A stretch of DNA of 64,000 bases from positions 45,875 to 109,874 of IMG/VR virus record IMGVR_UViG_3300034418_007243; one strand, given 5' to 3'. The stretch is from a virus. Shown here one piece after another: positions 1 to 9,273 of the stretch (within the stretch, counting starts at the first letter, position 1; the number at the start of each line of letters is the position of its first letter). The notes below the pieces were generated by a model that had not been told where the DNA came from, made no database searches, and saw only the letters and a list, made by a program, of their open reading frames with translations. The translations under genes were made by a program, and so were the position numbers.

Positions 1-2
1 AT

Positions 3-3000
3 AAACTTGTTTATACAGACGGAGGAGATGTTATAGATCCGGGTGATGGCTGGCAATATTTAAAAGAAGGTAATGATTATCTTACTAGAAAAAAAGGTTC
101 TGCTGAATGGATAAAAACAACAGGTAAAGCTAAAAAAGCTATTCAAGATAAAATATATAAAGAAACAGATTCTATAAAATCTGATGAAATTGTATCTGCA
201 CCTAATAATAAACAAACAGATTTTAGTATTGATTATGATACTTTACCAGCTATAAAACAAATAGAAGCATCTACTAGTAGAGTAGAAAGACCTCCTATGC
301 CTAACATTGTTAACCCAAATGTAAATCAAAAACAATTTGTAGATAAAGCTGAAGAGTTTCATAAACAAGGTAAAATAGTAGATAGAGAACCTGTAAGTTT
401 TATGAGAAACTTATTACCCTATCCTTGTTATGATTATACTTGTATGGAGTTTGTAAAAGATGTTGATAAAGCAACTGGCAGACATAGTATACCTAGTACA
501 ATTAATACTAATAAAGACTTTTATAAAGCAGCTGATAAATTAGGGTATAAACGTTTACACCCAGATTCTACTGCTCAACCTGGAGATATTATTTCTTTTT
601 ACAGACCTGAGTTAAAAACTGAAGAGTTTCCTGAAGGAACGCCTTATCATGCAGGAGTAATGATAAATGATAGCACTTATATAGATACAGGAGGTGGCGA
701 AAAGTATTTACCTATAGGTTATCCTGTAAGAAAAGGACCTTTAGAAAAAAATCCTTATTATACTTATAGGTGGTCACCAAAAGAACCAATAATGGGTGCT
801 ATTTCAGGATTAATACAAAAAACAGATGGTGGAGATGTTGTAGATGTAGGGGATGGTTATGAGTATCTAAAAGAAGGTGATAACTATTTAACTAGAAAAA
901 AAGGTAATACAGATTGGATAACTGCAAAAGGAGATGCTAGAAAAGCTATACAAACTAGAATATTTCCTGAGCTTCTAGGTAATCCTTTACCTCAAGAACA
1001 ACAAATATCTATTCAAAATATAAATAGACCTGAAAATTTTATTCAACCAAATGTTAATAAAGAAACTATAGCTATACAGCAAAAACTTTTTGATGCAGGA
1101 TATGATTTAGGTACTACAGGTCCATTAGGAAATGGTGTTGATGGAGATTTAGGTCCTAAAACACAAGCTGCTATTGATGCTTATAATAAAGGAATAAACG
1201 CTCAAGATTTTAAATCTCAAGATTTAAAAATGCAAAATGAAATTATAAATCAAGAGTATAAAGAAAAACCACAAACTGCAAACTATGTAACAAATATTCA
1301 GAACTATCTTATAGGAAAAGGATATGAGATAGATAAATCAGGAGTAATGGATACTAAAACTAAAAATGCTTTAAAAGATTATGAGACTAGCGGCAAGTTT
1401 GCAACATTACCTATTTTTCCTTCTAATCCTGAAAGAAGAGAAGAAATCTGCAGAACAAGTGGAGAAGGTTACGGTTGTTCAAAACAAGCTACATTAAAAT
1501 CTATGAATTTGTTTAGTGATATGCCTAATTCTGATAAAAAATATTTATGGGCTAATGATGCATGGTTTAATAAAGATGCTGTAATAAAAAATGGAGGAAC
1601 ACTTCTTTATGAAACAGAAGCTAGAGGTAAAAATATACCTGACTTACCTAAAGAAGTTTATGGATTATTGCAAGTAGGAGATTATGTTCATTTAGATAGA
1701 AGAGATACAGATTCTAGTAGACGTTACGCTAAAAAAACAGAAGATAAAGCAGGTAATAAATGGGAAAATGAAAAAATAGAACATATGGGTCTTATCATTG
1801 GTAAAGATACTGATGGTACACCTTTAATTTGGCATGCTTCAGAAACAGGAAAAGCATATATAAAACGTGTAGATGAACCTATTACATTAGATGATCATAA
1901 AGGATTAGGTGCTTATAGAATAGCGTCTATTGCACGTTCTGGTAAAATGACAGATGAATACCAAAAAGCTGTTGCTCAAAATCCTTACTTTAGTGAAGAT
2001 TGGAAATCACCATATGAAAAACCTGGTGAAGTAGTAGAAGATATAGTAAAACCATTTGATTCAGAAAACATGTTAACACCTTTAGAAGGAACAAATGATT
2101 ATGAAAAAGCAAGAATAAATGAAATAAATAATCATGTTGAAACATTTATGAAAGCAGGCTATCCTCAAGATGATGTTAATAAAGCAGCACAAATTGTTAT
2201 AGGAGGAGTGCTTGAAAGAGAAGCAAAAAGAGGAAGTTCCGCTACTCTAGGAGGAAGTGAAGGGATTCCTATACCTGGAACAAGTATAAGAATACCATTA
2301 ACAGGAACTGTAGAAAATCCTGTACGAGCTGGTAGTAACTATGGTAAAAAATATGAAGGTCAAACTGCTTTAGAATTTAAAGAAGGTTTAGCAGATATTG
2401 CAAAAGATGTAGGATTAAAAAGAAGTGAAGTTAGTAGAGGTATTTATCAAATGAAACCTGAAATGAATTTTGGAGGGTTAGAAAAAGAATTAAATGAAAT
2501 AGGATTATCTAAAGATCAAATATTTGATAGTGAAGAAAATCAAACTAAAGCTGCTACATTGTTAATGTTAAAAAGATATAAAGCATTAAAAGCTGATCCT
2601 GATTATTATAGAGAAACAGACGAAGTTAAAATTAAAGGAGAAGATGGACAAGAATGGTTTTATCCTGCATCATATATTTTAGCTGGAGGGTGGAGTGCTG
2701 GACCTAATTGGTGGAAAAAAGATAGTTATAGAAAAATATTAACTTCAGATAAAGGTAGAGATTATTCTAATTTAGCAATGAGAAATATGGCTAATGTTAT
2801 TCAAACACAAAAAGGTAATAACTACGGAAAGCAAGCTGAAGAACAAATTTATAATCGCAAACAAGAAAAAGCTGCTAAATATTTAAAAGAAAAAACAATA
2901 AATAGAATGGCTGCTGAAGGTTATGATAAAGATAAAATAACAGATGCTACTATTAAAGAGTATGAACAACAAAAATATAATGAAGCTGTTGCAGCACAAG

Positions 3001-3179
3001 AACAAGCTGTAAAAGATTTTGCATATACTATTGATACGCCACCTGCTGAATCTACAGATACTAATATTTTTATGGATCCTAACATTATTATACCAAGTGA
3101 CTTGTATTCAGATTTTGTATATGGTGCTTATGACTTACCTGAAGTAACAGTAACTGCAAAAAGAATTAAAAATAGATAA
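3..3179 (+). CDS. Virion-associated multi-domain peptidoglycan hydrolase, 5'-truncated by the window edge: two NlpC/P60/CHAP-like domains, two PG-binding domains and a lysozyme/SLT-like domain
   Basis: Frame is open from nt 3 into the listed ATG at 297. Cys/His pairs YTCMEFV...GDIISF...YHAGV and YGCSKQA...VGDYVH...EHMGL...WHAS. PG_binding_1-like IQQKLFDAGY...VDGDLGPKTQAAI and IQNYLIGKGY...SGVMDTKTKNAL. SLT-like ERE...SRGIYQMK...NQTKAATLL...GWSAGP. Confidence 0.75.
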   Translation, partial: KLVYTDGGDVIDPGDGWQYLKEGNDYLTRKKGSAEWIKTTGKAKKAIQDKIYKETDSIKSDEIVSAPNNKQTDFSIDYDTLPAIKQIEASTSRVERPPMPNIVNPNVNQKQFVDKAEEFHKQGKIVDREPVSFMRNLLPYPCYDYTCMEFVKDVDKATGRHSIPSTINTNKDFYKAADKLGYKRLHPDSTAQPGDIISFYRPELKTEEFPEGTPYHAGVMINDSTYIDTGGGEKYLPIGYPVRKGPLEKNPYYTYRWSPKEPIMGAISGLIQKTDGGDVVDVGDGYEYLKEGDNYLTRKKGNTDWITAKGDARKAIQTRIFPELLGNPLPQEQQISIQNINRPENFIQPNVNKETIAIQQKLFDAGYDLGTTGPLGNGVDGDLGPKTQAAIDAYNKGINAQDFKSQDLKMQNEIINQEYKEKPQTANYVTNIQNYLIGKGYEIDKSGVMDTKTKNALKDYETSGKFATLPIFPSNPERREEICRTSGEGYGCSKQATLKSMNLFSDMPNSDKKYLWANDAWFNKDAVIKNGGTLLYETEARGKNIPDLPKEVYGLLQVGDYVHLDRRDTDSSRRYAKKTEDKAGNKWENEKIEHMGLIIGKDTDGTPLIWHASETGKAYIKRVDEPITLDDHKGLGAYRIASIARSGKMTDEYQKAVAQNPYFSEDWKSPYEKPGEVVEDIVKPFDSENMLTPLEGTNDYEKARINEINNHVETFMKAGYPQDDVNKAAQIVIGGVLEREAKRGSSATLGGSEGIPIPGTSIRIPLTGTVENPVRAGSNYGKKYEGQTALEFKEGLADIAKDVGLKRSEVSRGIYQMKPEMNFGGLEKELNEIGLSKDQIFDSEENQTKAATLLMLKRYKALKADPDYYRETDEVKIKGEDGQEWFYPASYILAGGWSAGPNWWKKDSYRKILTSDKGRDYSNLAMRNMANVIQTQKGNNYGKQAEEQIYNRKQEKAAKYLKEKTINRMAAEGYDKDKITDATIKEYEQQKYNEAVAAQEQAVKDFAYTIDTPPAESTDTNIFMDPNIIIPSDLYSDFVYGAYDLPEVTVTAKRIKNR
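15..966 (+). repeat. Duplicated ~48-aa module in ORF1 (copies at ~15-158 and ~822-966)
   Basis: TDGGDVIDPGDGWQYLKEGNDYLTRKKGSAEWIKTTGKAKKAIQDKIY versus TDGGDVVDVGDGYEYLKEGDNYLTRKKGNTDWITAKGDARKAIQTRIF. Confidence 0.9.
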
Positions 3180-3193
3180 TAATTTCGTATATT

Positions 3194-6100
3194 ATGTATA
3201 GAATGTATAAAGAAGATGATGGTTGTTGGGAATGTCAACAAAATAAGTTTAAAAAAGGAGGAGCTAAAGGTTCTGACAAAAAATGGATACAGAAAGCTGT
3301 TAAAGGTATGCGTAAAGATAAACCTTGTACAGGCTCTAAGTTTGGAGGTCCTTCTTGCCCACCTGGTACTAAACGATATAACTTAGCTAAAGTATTTAGA
3401 GAAATGGCTGCTAAAAAGAAAAAAGAAATGGGAGGTCAATCAGCTCCTATGAACATGGCTCAAAACATTGGTCAAGATAATATTAATTATTTTACATCAA
3501 CACTTAAAGATAATGCATCTCAAGTAATGCAAGATCAAATGTTAAATCAGGTAGCTCAACAAGAAATGATGATGCCTTATTTTAACAATGGTGGTCCTAA
3601 TAATATTTTTGGATATAGTAAAAAAAGTACTGATCCTAATGCTATATATTATCAAAATGCTCTTAGAGAAAATCAAGCTAATAAATTTGATTTTGGTAAT
3701 TATTTATTTGATGCTGCAAGTCAGTTACAAAAAGATATAGACTGGGCTAATACTTATAATAAAATGTACGGTCCAGAATTAAAACAAAAACAGACTAGTA
3801 AATTAAGTAAAGAATTTAGAAGAGATTTAAGAAGTGATAATGAAGAAATATCAGATTGGGCAAAAACATGGCGGAAAGAACAATGGAGGCCAACTGTAAG
3901 AAAAAATAGAAAAGCACAAGCTAAAATATTTTGGGATAAGCTTAATCCTTTTACTCCTAACCCTGAAATTCCTCAAGTAAATACTAATACTCAAGTACAA
4001 CAAAATCAATACGGTGGAACAATAAATTATAATGATATGAATTTTAATGGATACTACGGCATGCCTATGTATAATCAAGGTGGCATGAAAAACTATGTTT
4101 ATCAAGGACAAGATACAGGTATGACTGCAGAAGAGTTTTATCAGTATCAATTAGAAACAGAAGGCCCATTTATCTTACCTGATGGTACAGACACAGGTAT
4201 GTCAAAAGCTGAGTTTATGGATATGCAATCTCAACAAATGCCTGAGATGCAACAGATGGATGATGGGGGTTCTAAAAAACAATCTTTTTCAGAATATTAT
4301 GCTAATAAACCAAATTTAAGTCAAAGATTTAATAAATTATGGGGTTCCTCAAATTCTCCAAATTTTGAATTTTCTTTAGATACTGATGGTGATGGAATGG
4401 TTAGTCAAGAAGAATTAAGAGCAGCAACAGGTAACTATAAATATAACACAGGTGATCCTTTTGGTTACAGTTTTTTAAAAAATTATTTTTTTCCACCAGC
4501 AACTAACGGTTTATATAGACCACAAAGTTCTCAACAAGCAGCAACTTCTACATCAAGTAGTGACTATCCTCTTATTGATGGAAAAGAAATGACAGAATCA
4601 CAAAAAAAGAATCATGATCGCATGATTGCAGGAGGATTTGAATTTGATCCCGCTACAGGTAGTTATCAACAAACTTCTCCAAAAAAACAAACACAAACTA
4701 AAAACACTAAGCAAAAAAATACTACAAACACTCAAACGGAAGAGGTAGATGAAAATGTAGCTTCAGTAGAAAATACAGCAGAATTATTAGAAAATAATAC
4801 AACAGGAACTTCTGATGGAGCTGCAGGAGTAGATGCTGGAGCATCTGATGGAGCTGTAAGCTCAGATGCTGGAGCAAGTGATGCAGTAGTAGCAGATAAC
4901 GCAACGGGAACTAATAATAATATAACTCCAGTTTATGCTCCGTCACCTCAAATAGGATATGCGGGTGTTCCTGTTTTGCAAGGCCAGTTTATTATGCCTG
5001 GTCGTACAACAAGAAATAGTTATGTTCCTGGTGGTTATGGTTTAGCTCCTATAGCTTATAATGCTGCTGGAACTTATTTAGATGAGTATAATAGTGTATC
5101 AAGAGCAGGTGGATTAAGAGGTTTTTTCAAAGGCAGGGAGAATGAATATAATCTGAAGTTTAAACATAACATGCTTACTGATGATCAAAAAAATCAACTG
5201 TTTCAAATAGAGATGCGTAGAAGAGGTTATAATCCAGATGGTACATCTATAAGTGGAGGAACAGGAAGTAGTGCAGATGCTGAAAAAGCTGCAACTGATG
5301 CAGCTGCTGTAGTAGACCAAGTAAGCAAAGATGAAGCTAAAAAAGCTGTAGCAGAAAGAACTGCTCAAGGACTACCTCCAAATACAAACCCTACAAGCAA
5401 GCTAGGTCAAGAACCTAACTTCCCTATAGATTTATCTATGATGAATCAAGAAGCTGCAAATACTGTAGATGAATTAGTACAAGAGCAAAATAATCCTAAC
5501 ACTACAGGAAATAATAGAAATGTTATTACAGGACAATCAAATACTAATAAATTAAGTGTAGGAATGCAAAAAGCAGATCCTACAGGAATGGGTACGCCTC
5601 CAGCAGATTATCAACCTGTACCAACATATTCTACAACTCCTATAAAAACTTTAACTCCAGAACCATTAGTTTCTGCAACACCTGAAACTCCTATAACAGA
5701 AAGCGAATTAGATATTGATTATTCTAAGATTCCTATAGATGAATCACCTACTGTTACAGGTAATAAACCTACACCTGAAGAAGAAGATGCAAGAGTTCAG
5801 GAACAAATTAATATGGCTGAAAATAAAGGTTTTTATGGCGGTGGTACTGTAAGAAGAAAATCTTATATGAATGGAGGTAATGTTCAATTGCAAGCATTAC
5901 ATAATGAAATGCAAGCTTTAACTGCTAGACAAAATGAAATTAGAAATTTGATTAATAATCAAATGTTTAATTCAGGTCAGTCACAATTACCTACACAAAT
6001 GCAACAACCTATGCCTATGCAGCAACCTATGCAGCAACCTGTAGCTAGATTTGGTTATCAAGTTAAAAACGGTAACTTAATGAATAGTTATGCTAAAGGA

Positions 6101-6319
6101 GGAAGTTTTAATAATCCTGGTTTTATGTCTTTACCTGATTCTGTTCAACAAAAAATTATGACAGCTAGCCAAAATAAAATGGCAATGGGTGGAGCTTATG
6201 ATTATTATGGTGGTGGCGGAAGTCACATGGATTATAATGAAGGTGGAGAATACTATCTATCAGATGATGAGATTCAAGCTTTCTTAGAAGCAGGCGGTCA
6301 ATTAGAAATAATGGAATAA
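3194..6319 (+). CDS. Low-complexity putative virion/internal protein built of short modules separated by xxGG motifs; contains one EF-hand-like loop
   Basis: 1041-aa ORF rich in Q/N/T/P/M, with more than 10 [FYMA]xxGG motifs and DTDGDGMVSQEE. Lies in the structural block. Confidence 0.55.
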   Translation: MYRMYKEDDGCWECQQNKFKKGGAKGSDKKWIQKAVKGMRKDKPCTGSKFGGPSCPPGTKRYNLAKVFREMAAKKKKEMGGQSAPMNMAQNIGQDNINYFTSTLKDNASQVMQDQMLNQVAQQEMMMPYFNNGGPNNIFGYSKKSTDPNAIYYQNALRENQANKFDFGNYLFDAASQLQKDIDWANTYNKMYGPELKQKQTSKLSKEFRRDLRSDNEEISDWAKTWRKEQWRPTVRKNRKAQAKIFWDKLNPFTPNPEIPQVNTNTQVQQNQYGGTINYNDMNFNGYYGMPMYNQGGMKNYVYQGQDTGMTAEEFYQYQLETEGPFILPDGTDTGMSKAEFMDMQSQQMPEMQQMDDGGSKKQSFSEYYANKPNLSQRFNKLWGSSNSPNFEFSLDTDGDGMVSQEELRAATGNYKYNTGDPFGYSFLKNYFFPPATNGLYRPQSSQQAATSTSSSDYPLIDGKEMTESQKKNHDRMIAGGFEFDPATGSYQQTSPKKQTQTKNTKQKNTTNTQTEEVDENVASVENTAELLENNTTGTSDGAAGVDAGASDGAVSSDAGASDAVVADNATGTNNNITPVYAPSPQIGYAGVPVLQGQFIMPGRTTRNSYVPGGYGLAPIAYNAAGTYLDEYNSVSRAGGLRGFFKGRENEYNLKFKHNMLTDDQKNQLFQIEMRRRGYNPDGTSISGGTGSSADAEKAATDAAAVVDQVSKDEAKKAVAERTAQGLPPNTNPTSKLGQEPNFPIDLSMMNQEAANTVDELVQEQNNPNTTGNNRNVITGQSNTNKLSVGMQKADPTGMGTPPADYQPVPTYSTTPIKTLTPEPLVSATPETPITESELDIDYSKIPIDESPTVTGNKPTPEEEDARVQEQINMAENKGFYGGGTVRRKSYMNGGNVQLQALHNEMQALTARQNEIRNLINNQMFNSGQSQLPTQMQQPMPMQQPMQQPVARFGYQVKNGNLMNSYAKGGSFNNPGFMSLPDSVQQKIMTASQNKMAMGGAYDYYGGGGSHMDYNEGGEYYLSDDEIQAFLEAGGQLEIME
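4811..4883 (+). repeat. In-frame 33-bp tandem repeat (about 2.2 copies)
   Basis: tctgatggagctg...agatgctggagca at 4811-4843 and 4844-4876 (SDGAAGVDAGA / SDGAVSSDAGA). Confidence 0.9.
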
Positions 6320-6329
6320 AACATTAATA

Positions 6330-9221
6330 ATGAAAAGAGTTAAAATAACTAAAAATTTACCTACAGCTAAATACGGAACTGAATTAAAAAATCAAGTTCC
6401 TTATATAGATAATACAGCTGCACCTAACCTAGGTATAGGAGATGTAGGAAGTAACCCCAGAATCTCCGTAAACAAAACATTAAAATCTGTACCTAGAGAA
6501 AAAGCTAATTTAGAAGCAGAAGTAGGTGAGACAGCTGTAACTGATCTTAATAGTGATGGTTTACCAGAATTTTATAAGATTGGAGGACAGAAACATTCTA
6601 AGGGTGGAACTCCTCTTAATCTACCAAATAACTCTTTTATCTTTTCTAACTCTAAAGAACTAGCTATAAAAGATCCAAAGTTATTAATGCAGTTTGGAAA
6701 ATCTGTTTCTAAAAAAAATAAGAAAGGATTTACACCAGCTCAACTTTCTAAAGCTTATGATATAAATAATTATAGGCAAGTACTTGCAGATCCTGATTCA
6801 GATATGAAACAAATAGAAACTGCAGAAATGATGATTAAAAACTACATGGATAAGTTAGGAGCATTAGCTTTAGTACAAGAGTCTATGAAAGGTTTTGAAA
6901 ATGGTATTCCTAATATATCATTACCATACTTACAAAAAATAGGTATATCTAGTGAAGATATACTTCCTCCACCACCTCAACAATCTATGCCTCCACAACA
7001 AATGCCACAGCAAATGCCAAAGGCTACCAATGGTTTAGAAGTTTTTAATGATTTTTATAATTCAGATTCTTCTGATAAAGAATATCTTAACTCTTTTAAT
7101 AATGGAACAGGTGATTGGGTTGACACAGATATATCAGTTAAAGAAAAAACAAAAGGTGCTTTTAATCCGGCAGCTGCAGCTAAGTTTGCAATGGATGGGA
7201 TTTATGGAGGAATAATGGATTGGGAAGCAGGTAAACAAAAAGCTAAGAATGAAGAAAGACTTGCAAAAGGAACTGTAACAGCTGGCTTTAATCCTGTTGG
7301 TGCTGAGAGTGGAAAATGGGGACCAAATACTAGAATGTATGATGCTAAAGATCAAGAGTATCCTGTTCAGTTTGATATATATACAGGTGATGATTCTTTT
7401 GTAAAATACGGTGGTCCTATAAAAGCTAAGTATGGTACAGAAGTAAAAACACCTAAATATGAGCATGGAGGTCCTCATACAGAAACAGTACCAGAAACTT
7501 CTACTAAACCTACTAAAACACAAAATTTACCTGATGATGCTGTAGTATATGATGTTACAGATCCTAATTATGATCCTGGTAAAGTTAAAGAAGGTAACTA
7601 CATTAAAAGAGATGGTAAACTTTATAAAGTAGGTAAAAGAGTTTATCCTGAATATAAAGGGCCTAGTGTAGATAAATTAGACCAAAGACTAAAAGGAGAA
7701 TATGGTGACCGTAGAGAAGATTACGGAAGACTTGTTTATAAGTTTAATACAGATGAAGATCTAAGAAAAGCTTTTATTAAAAACTTTGATGAAGAAGTAG
7801 CTGGTTTACGCCCTGGAAAAAATTATACACAAGGACACATAGATAAACTCAAAAGTTTAGATGATCAACAAAAGATTGATTATTTTCTAAATGGTCAGAA
7901 ACATAACATGATGATTTCTGCACAAATGGGAGATGTAGCCAATGTTACAAATGTAGGTCAATGGGATAGAGGTAAAAAGAATGCTCAAGGTATACCTGTA
8001 AACTATGCAGCTGCTGTAAAACAAGTTGGTTTAGAACCTTTAACTGTTGATCAAACTTTAGGTTTGCAAGCAGGATATATTGGTGTGCAAAAAATGGAGA
8101 ATGATCCTGAACTTAAAAAGAAACTAAAAAACTTTAATATATTTCAAAGTGGTGTAGGAGATGAAGGAGCTGCAGGTAAAAAAACAATATCTGAAGCAGA
8201 TGGATGGCAAGGTAATACTACATCAGGAGAAATGCTTAGATGGAAGCCTACTGATTTTACTTTTGAAGAAGAAGAAGTAGAATGGACAGAAGAAGCTAAA
8301 AAAGAAGAAGAACCAGAAAAAGAAACTAAAGGTGTAGAAGATAAATCAAGATCTACTTACACACCCTATTGGACTCAAGATTTACGTAATGTTAGTGGAG
8401 CTTTATATGACTTAGCTTCTGTTAAGAAATATGATCCTTGGCAAGCAATGCCTCAAATGTCTTTAGCAACTCCAAATTTTGCTGACTTTAGAGGAGCTGC
8501 TTCTAGATTAGGTTCTATGGCGCAATCTGGCGCACAACAATTATCTAGTTTTGGAACACCTCAAGCTTTTGGAGCAGGTTTTGCAAACATCCAAAGAAAT
8601 ATAGCACAAAATATAGGTCAACTTCAAGATCAAGAATATAAAACAAATGTTGCTACAGCTAATCAATTTGAGATGTCTAACACAGCTCTTAAAAATCAGT
8701 TTTCACAATTAGCTGCAAAAGCAAGAACGGATCTTTATGATAAGCAAATGATAGCTAACCAGCAATATGATAATGCTAGAAGAGCTTTGCGTTGGAACAT
8801 GATTAATGCTATGAATCAAGCAGATACTAACAGAGGTTTAACGCAAACAGCAAATACATTAACACCAAATCAATATCTTGATCCTACAACAGGTTTTACA
8901 ACTTTTAGAGATGATGGTAGACAATTTTTACCAACTACAAAAACTCCATCAGTACAAGAGCAAGTATTAAAAAATGCACAAACATACATGAGAGATAACC
9001 CAGGTATGGATTGGGCAACAGCTACTAAAATTGCGTCTACAGGAATAAATAAAAATACTACTTCTACAACTGCAAATAATGAAAGTACACTTCAAGGTTA
9101 TCCGGGTTATCCGTTAAATTCTAATAGGAGAAAAAGACAACAACCTGCCTATAGTCGCTTTATGCATGGGGGTTCTAATTCAAAGAAAAAGTGTAGAGTT
9201 TTAAGATTACCAAACAAATAA
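6330..9221 (+). CDS. Putative virion cargo/internal protein
   Basis: 963-aa ORF. N-terminal EAEVGE...GGQKHSKGGTP...FIFS module of a type I recall from crAss-like virion proteins. Gln/Asn/Ala-rich helical C-terminal half. Confidence 0.55.
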   Translation: MKRVKITKNLPTAKYGTELKNQVPYIDNTAAPNLGIGDVGSNPRISVNKTLKSVPREKANLEAEVGETAVTDLNSDGLPEFYKIGGQKHSKGGTPLNLPNNSFIFSNSKELAIKDPKLLMQFGKSVSKKNKKGFTPAQLSKAYDINNYRQVLADPDSDMKQIETAEMMIKNYMDKLGALALVQESMKGFENGIPNISLPYLQKIGISSEDILPPPPQQSMPPQQMPQQMPKATNGLEVFNDFYNSDSSDKEYLNSFNNGTGDWVDTDISVKEKTKGAFNPAAAAKFAMDGIYGGIMDWEAGKQKAKNEERLAKGTVTAGFNPVGAESGKWGPNTRMYDAKDQEYPVQFDIYTGDDSFVKYGGPIKAKYGTEVKTPKYEHGGPHTETVPETSTKPTKTQNLPDDAVVYDVTDPNYDPGKVKEGNYIKRDGKLYKVGKRVYPEYKGPSVDKLDQRLKGEYGDRREDYGRLVYKFNTDEDLRKAFIKNFDEEVAGLRPGKNYTQGHIDKLKSLDDQQKIDYFLNGQKHNMMISAQMGDVANVTNVGQWDRGKKNAQGIPVNYAAAVKQVGLEPLTVDQTLGLQAGYIGVQKMENDPELKKKLKNFNIFQSGVGDEGAAGKKTISEADGWQGNTTSGEMLRWKPTDFTFEEEEVEWTEEAKKEEEPEKETKGVEDKSRSTYTPYWTQDLRNVSGALYDLASVKKYDPWQAMPQMSLATPNFADFRGAASRLGSMAQSGAQQLSSFGTPQAFGAGFANIQRNIAQNIGQLQDQEYKTNVATANQFEMSNTALKNQFSQLAAKARTDLYDKQMIANQQYDNARRALRWNMINAMNQADTNRGLTQTANTLTPNQYLDPTTGFTTFRDDGRQFLPTTKTPSVQEQVLKNAQTYMRDNPGMDWATATKIASTGINKNTTSTTANNESTLQGYPGYPLNSNRRKRQQPAYSRFMHGGSNSKKKCRVLRLPNK

Positions 9222-9247
9222 ATATATGAGGTTTGGTAAACTTATAT

Positions 9248-9255
9248 TATTTTTG
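9248..9255 (+). promoter_or_regulatory. Candidate Bacteroidota sigma70 -7 box (TAnnTTTG)
   Basis: tatttttg in the 52-nt intergenic gap, 18 nt before the ATG at 9274. Confidence 0.4.
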
Positions 9256-9273
9256 AATAATAAGATATAAGAT

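Noticed and set aside
5999-6040. MQQP tandem micro-repeat
   Set aside because: Simple low-complexity coding repeat with no sign of a separate function.
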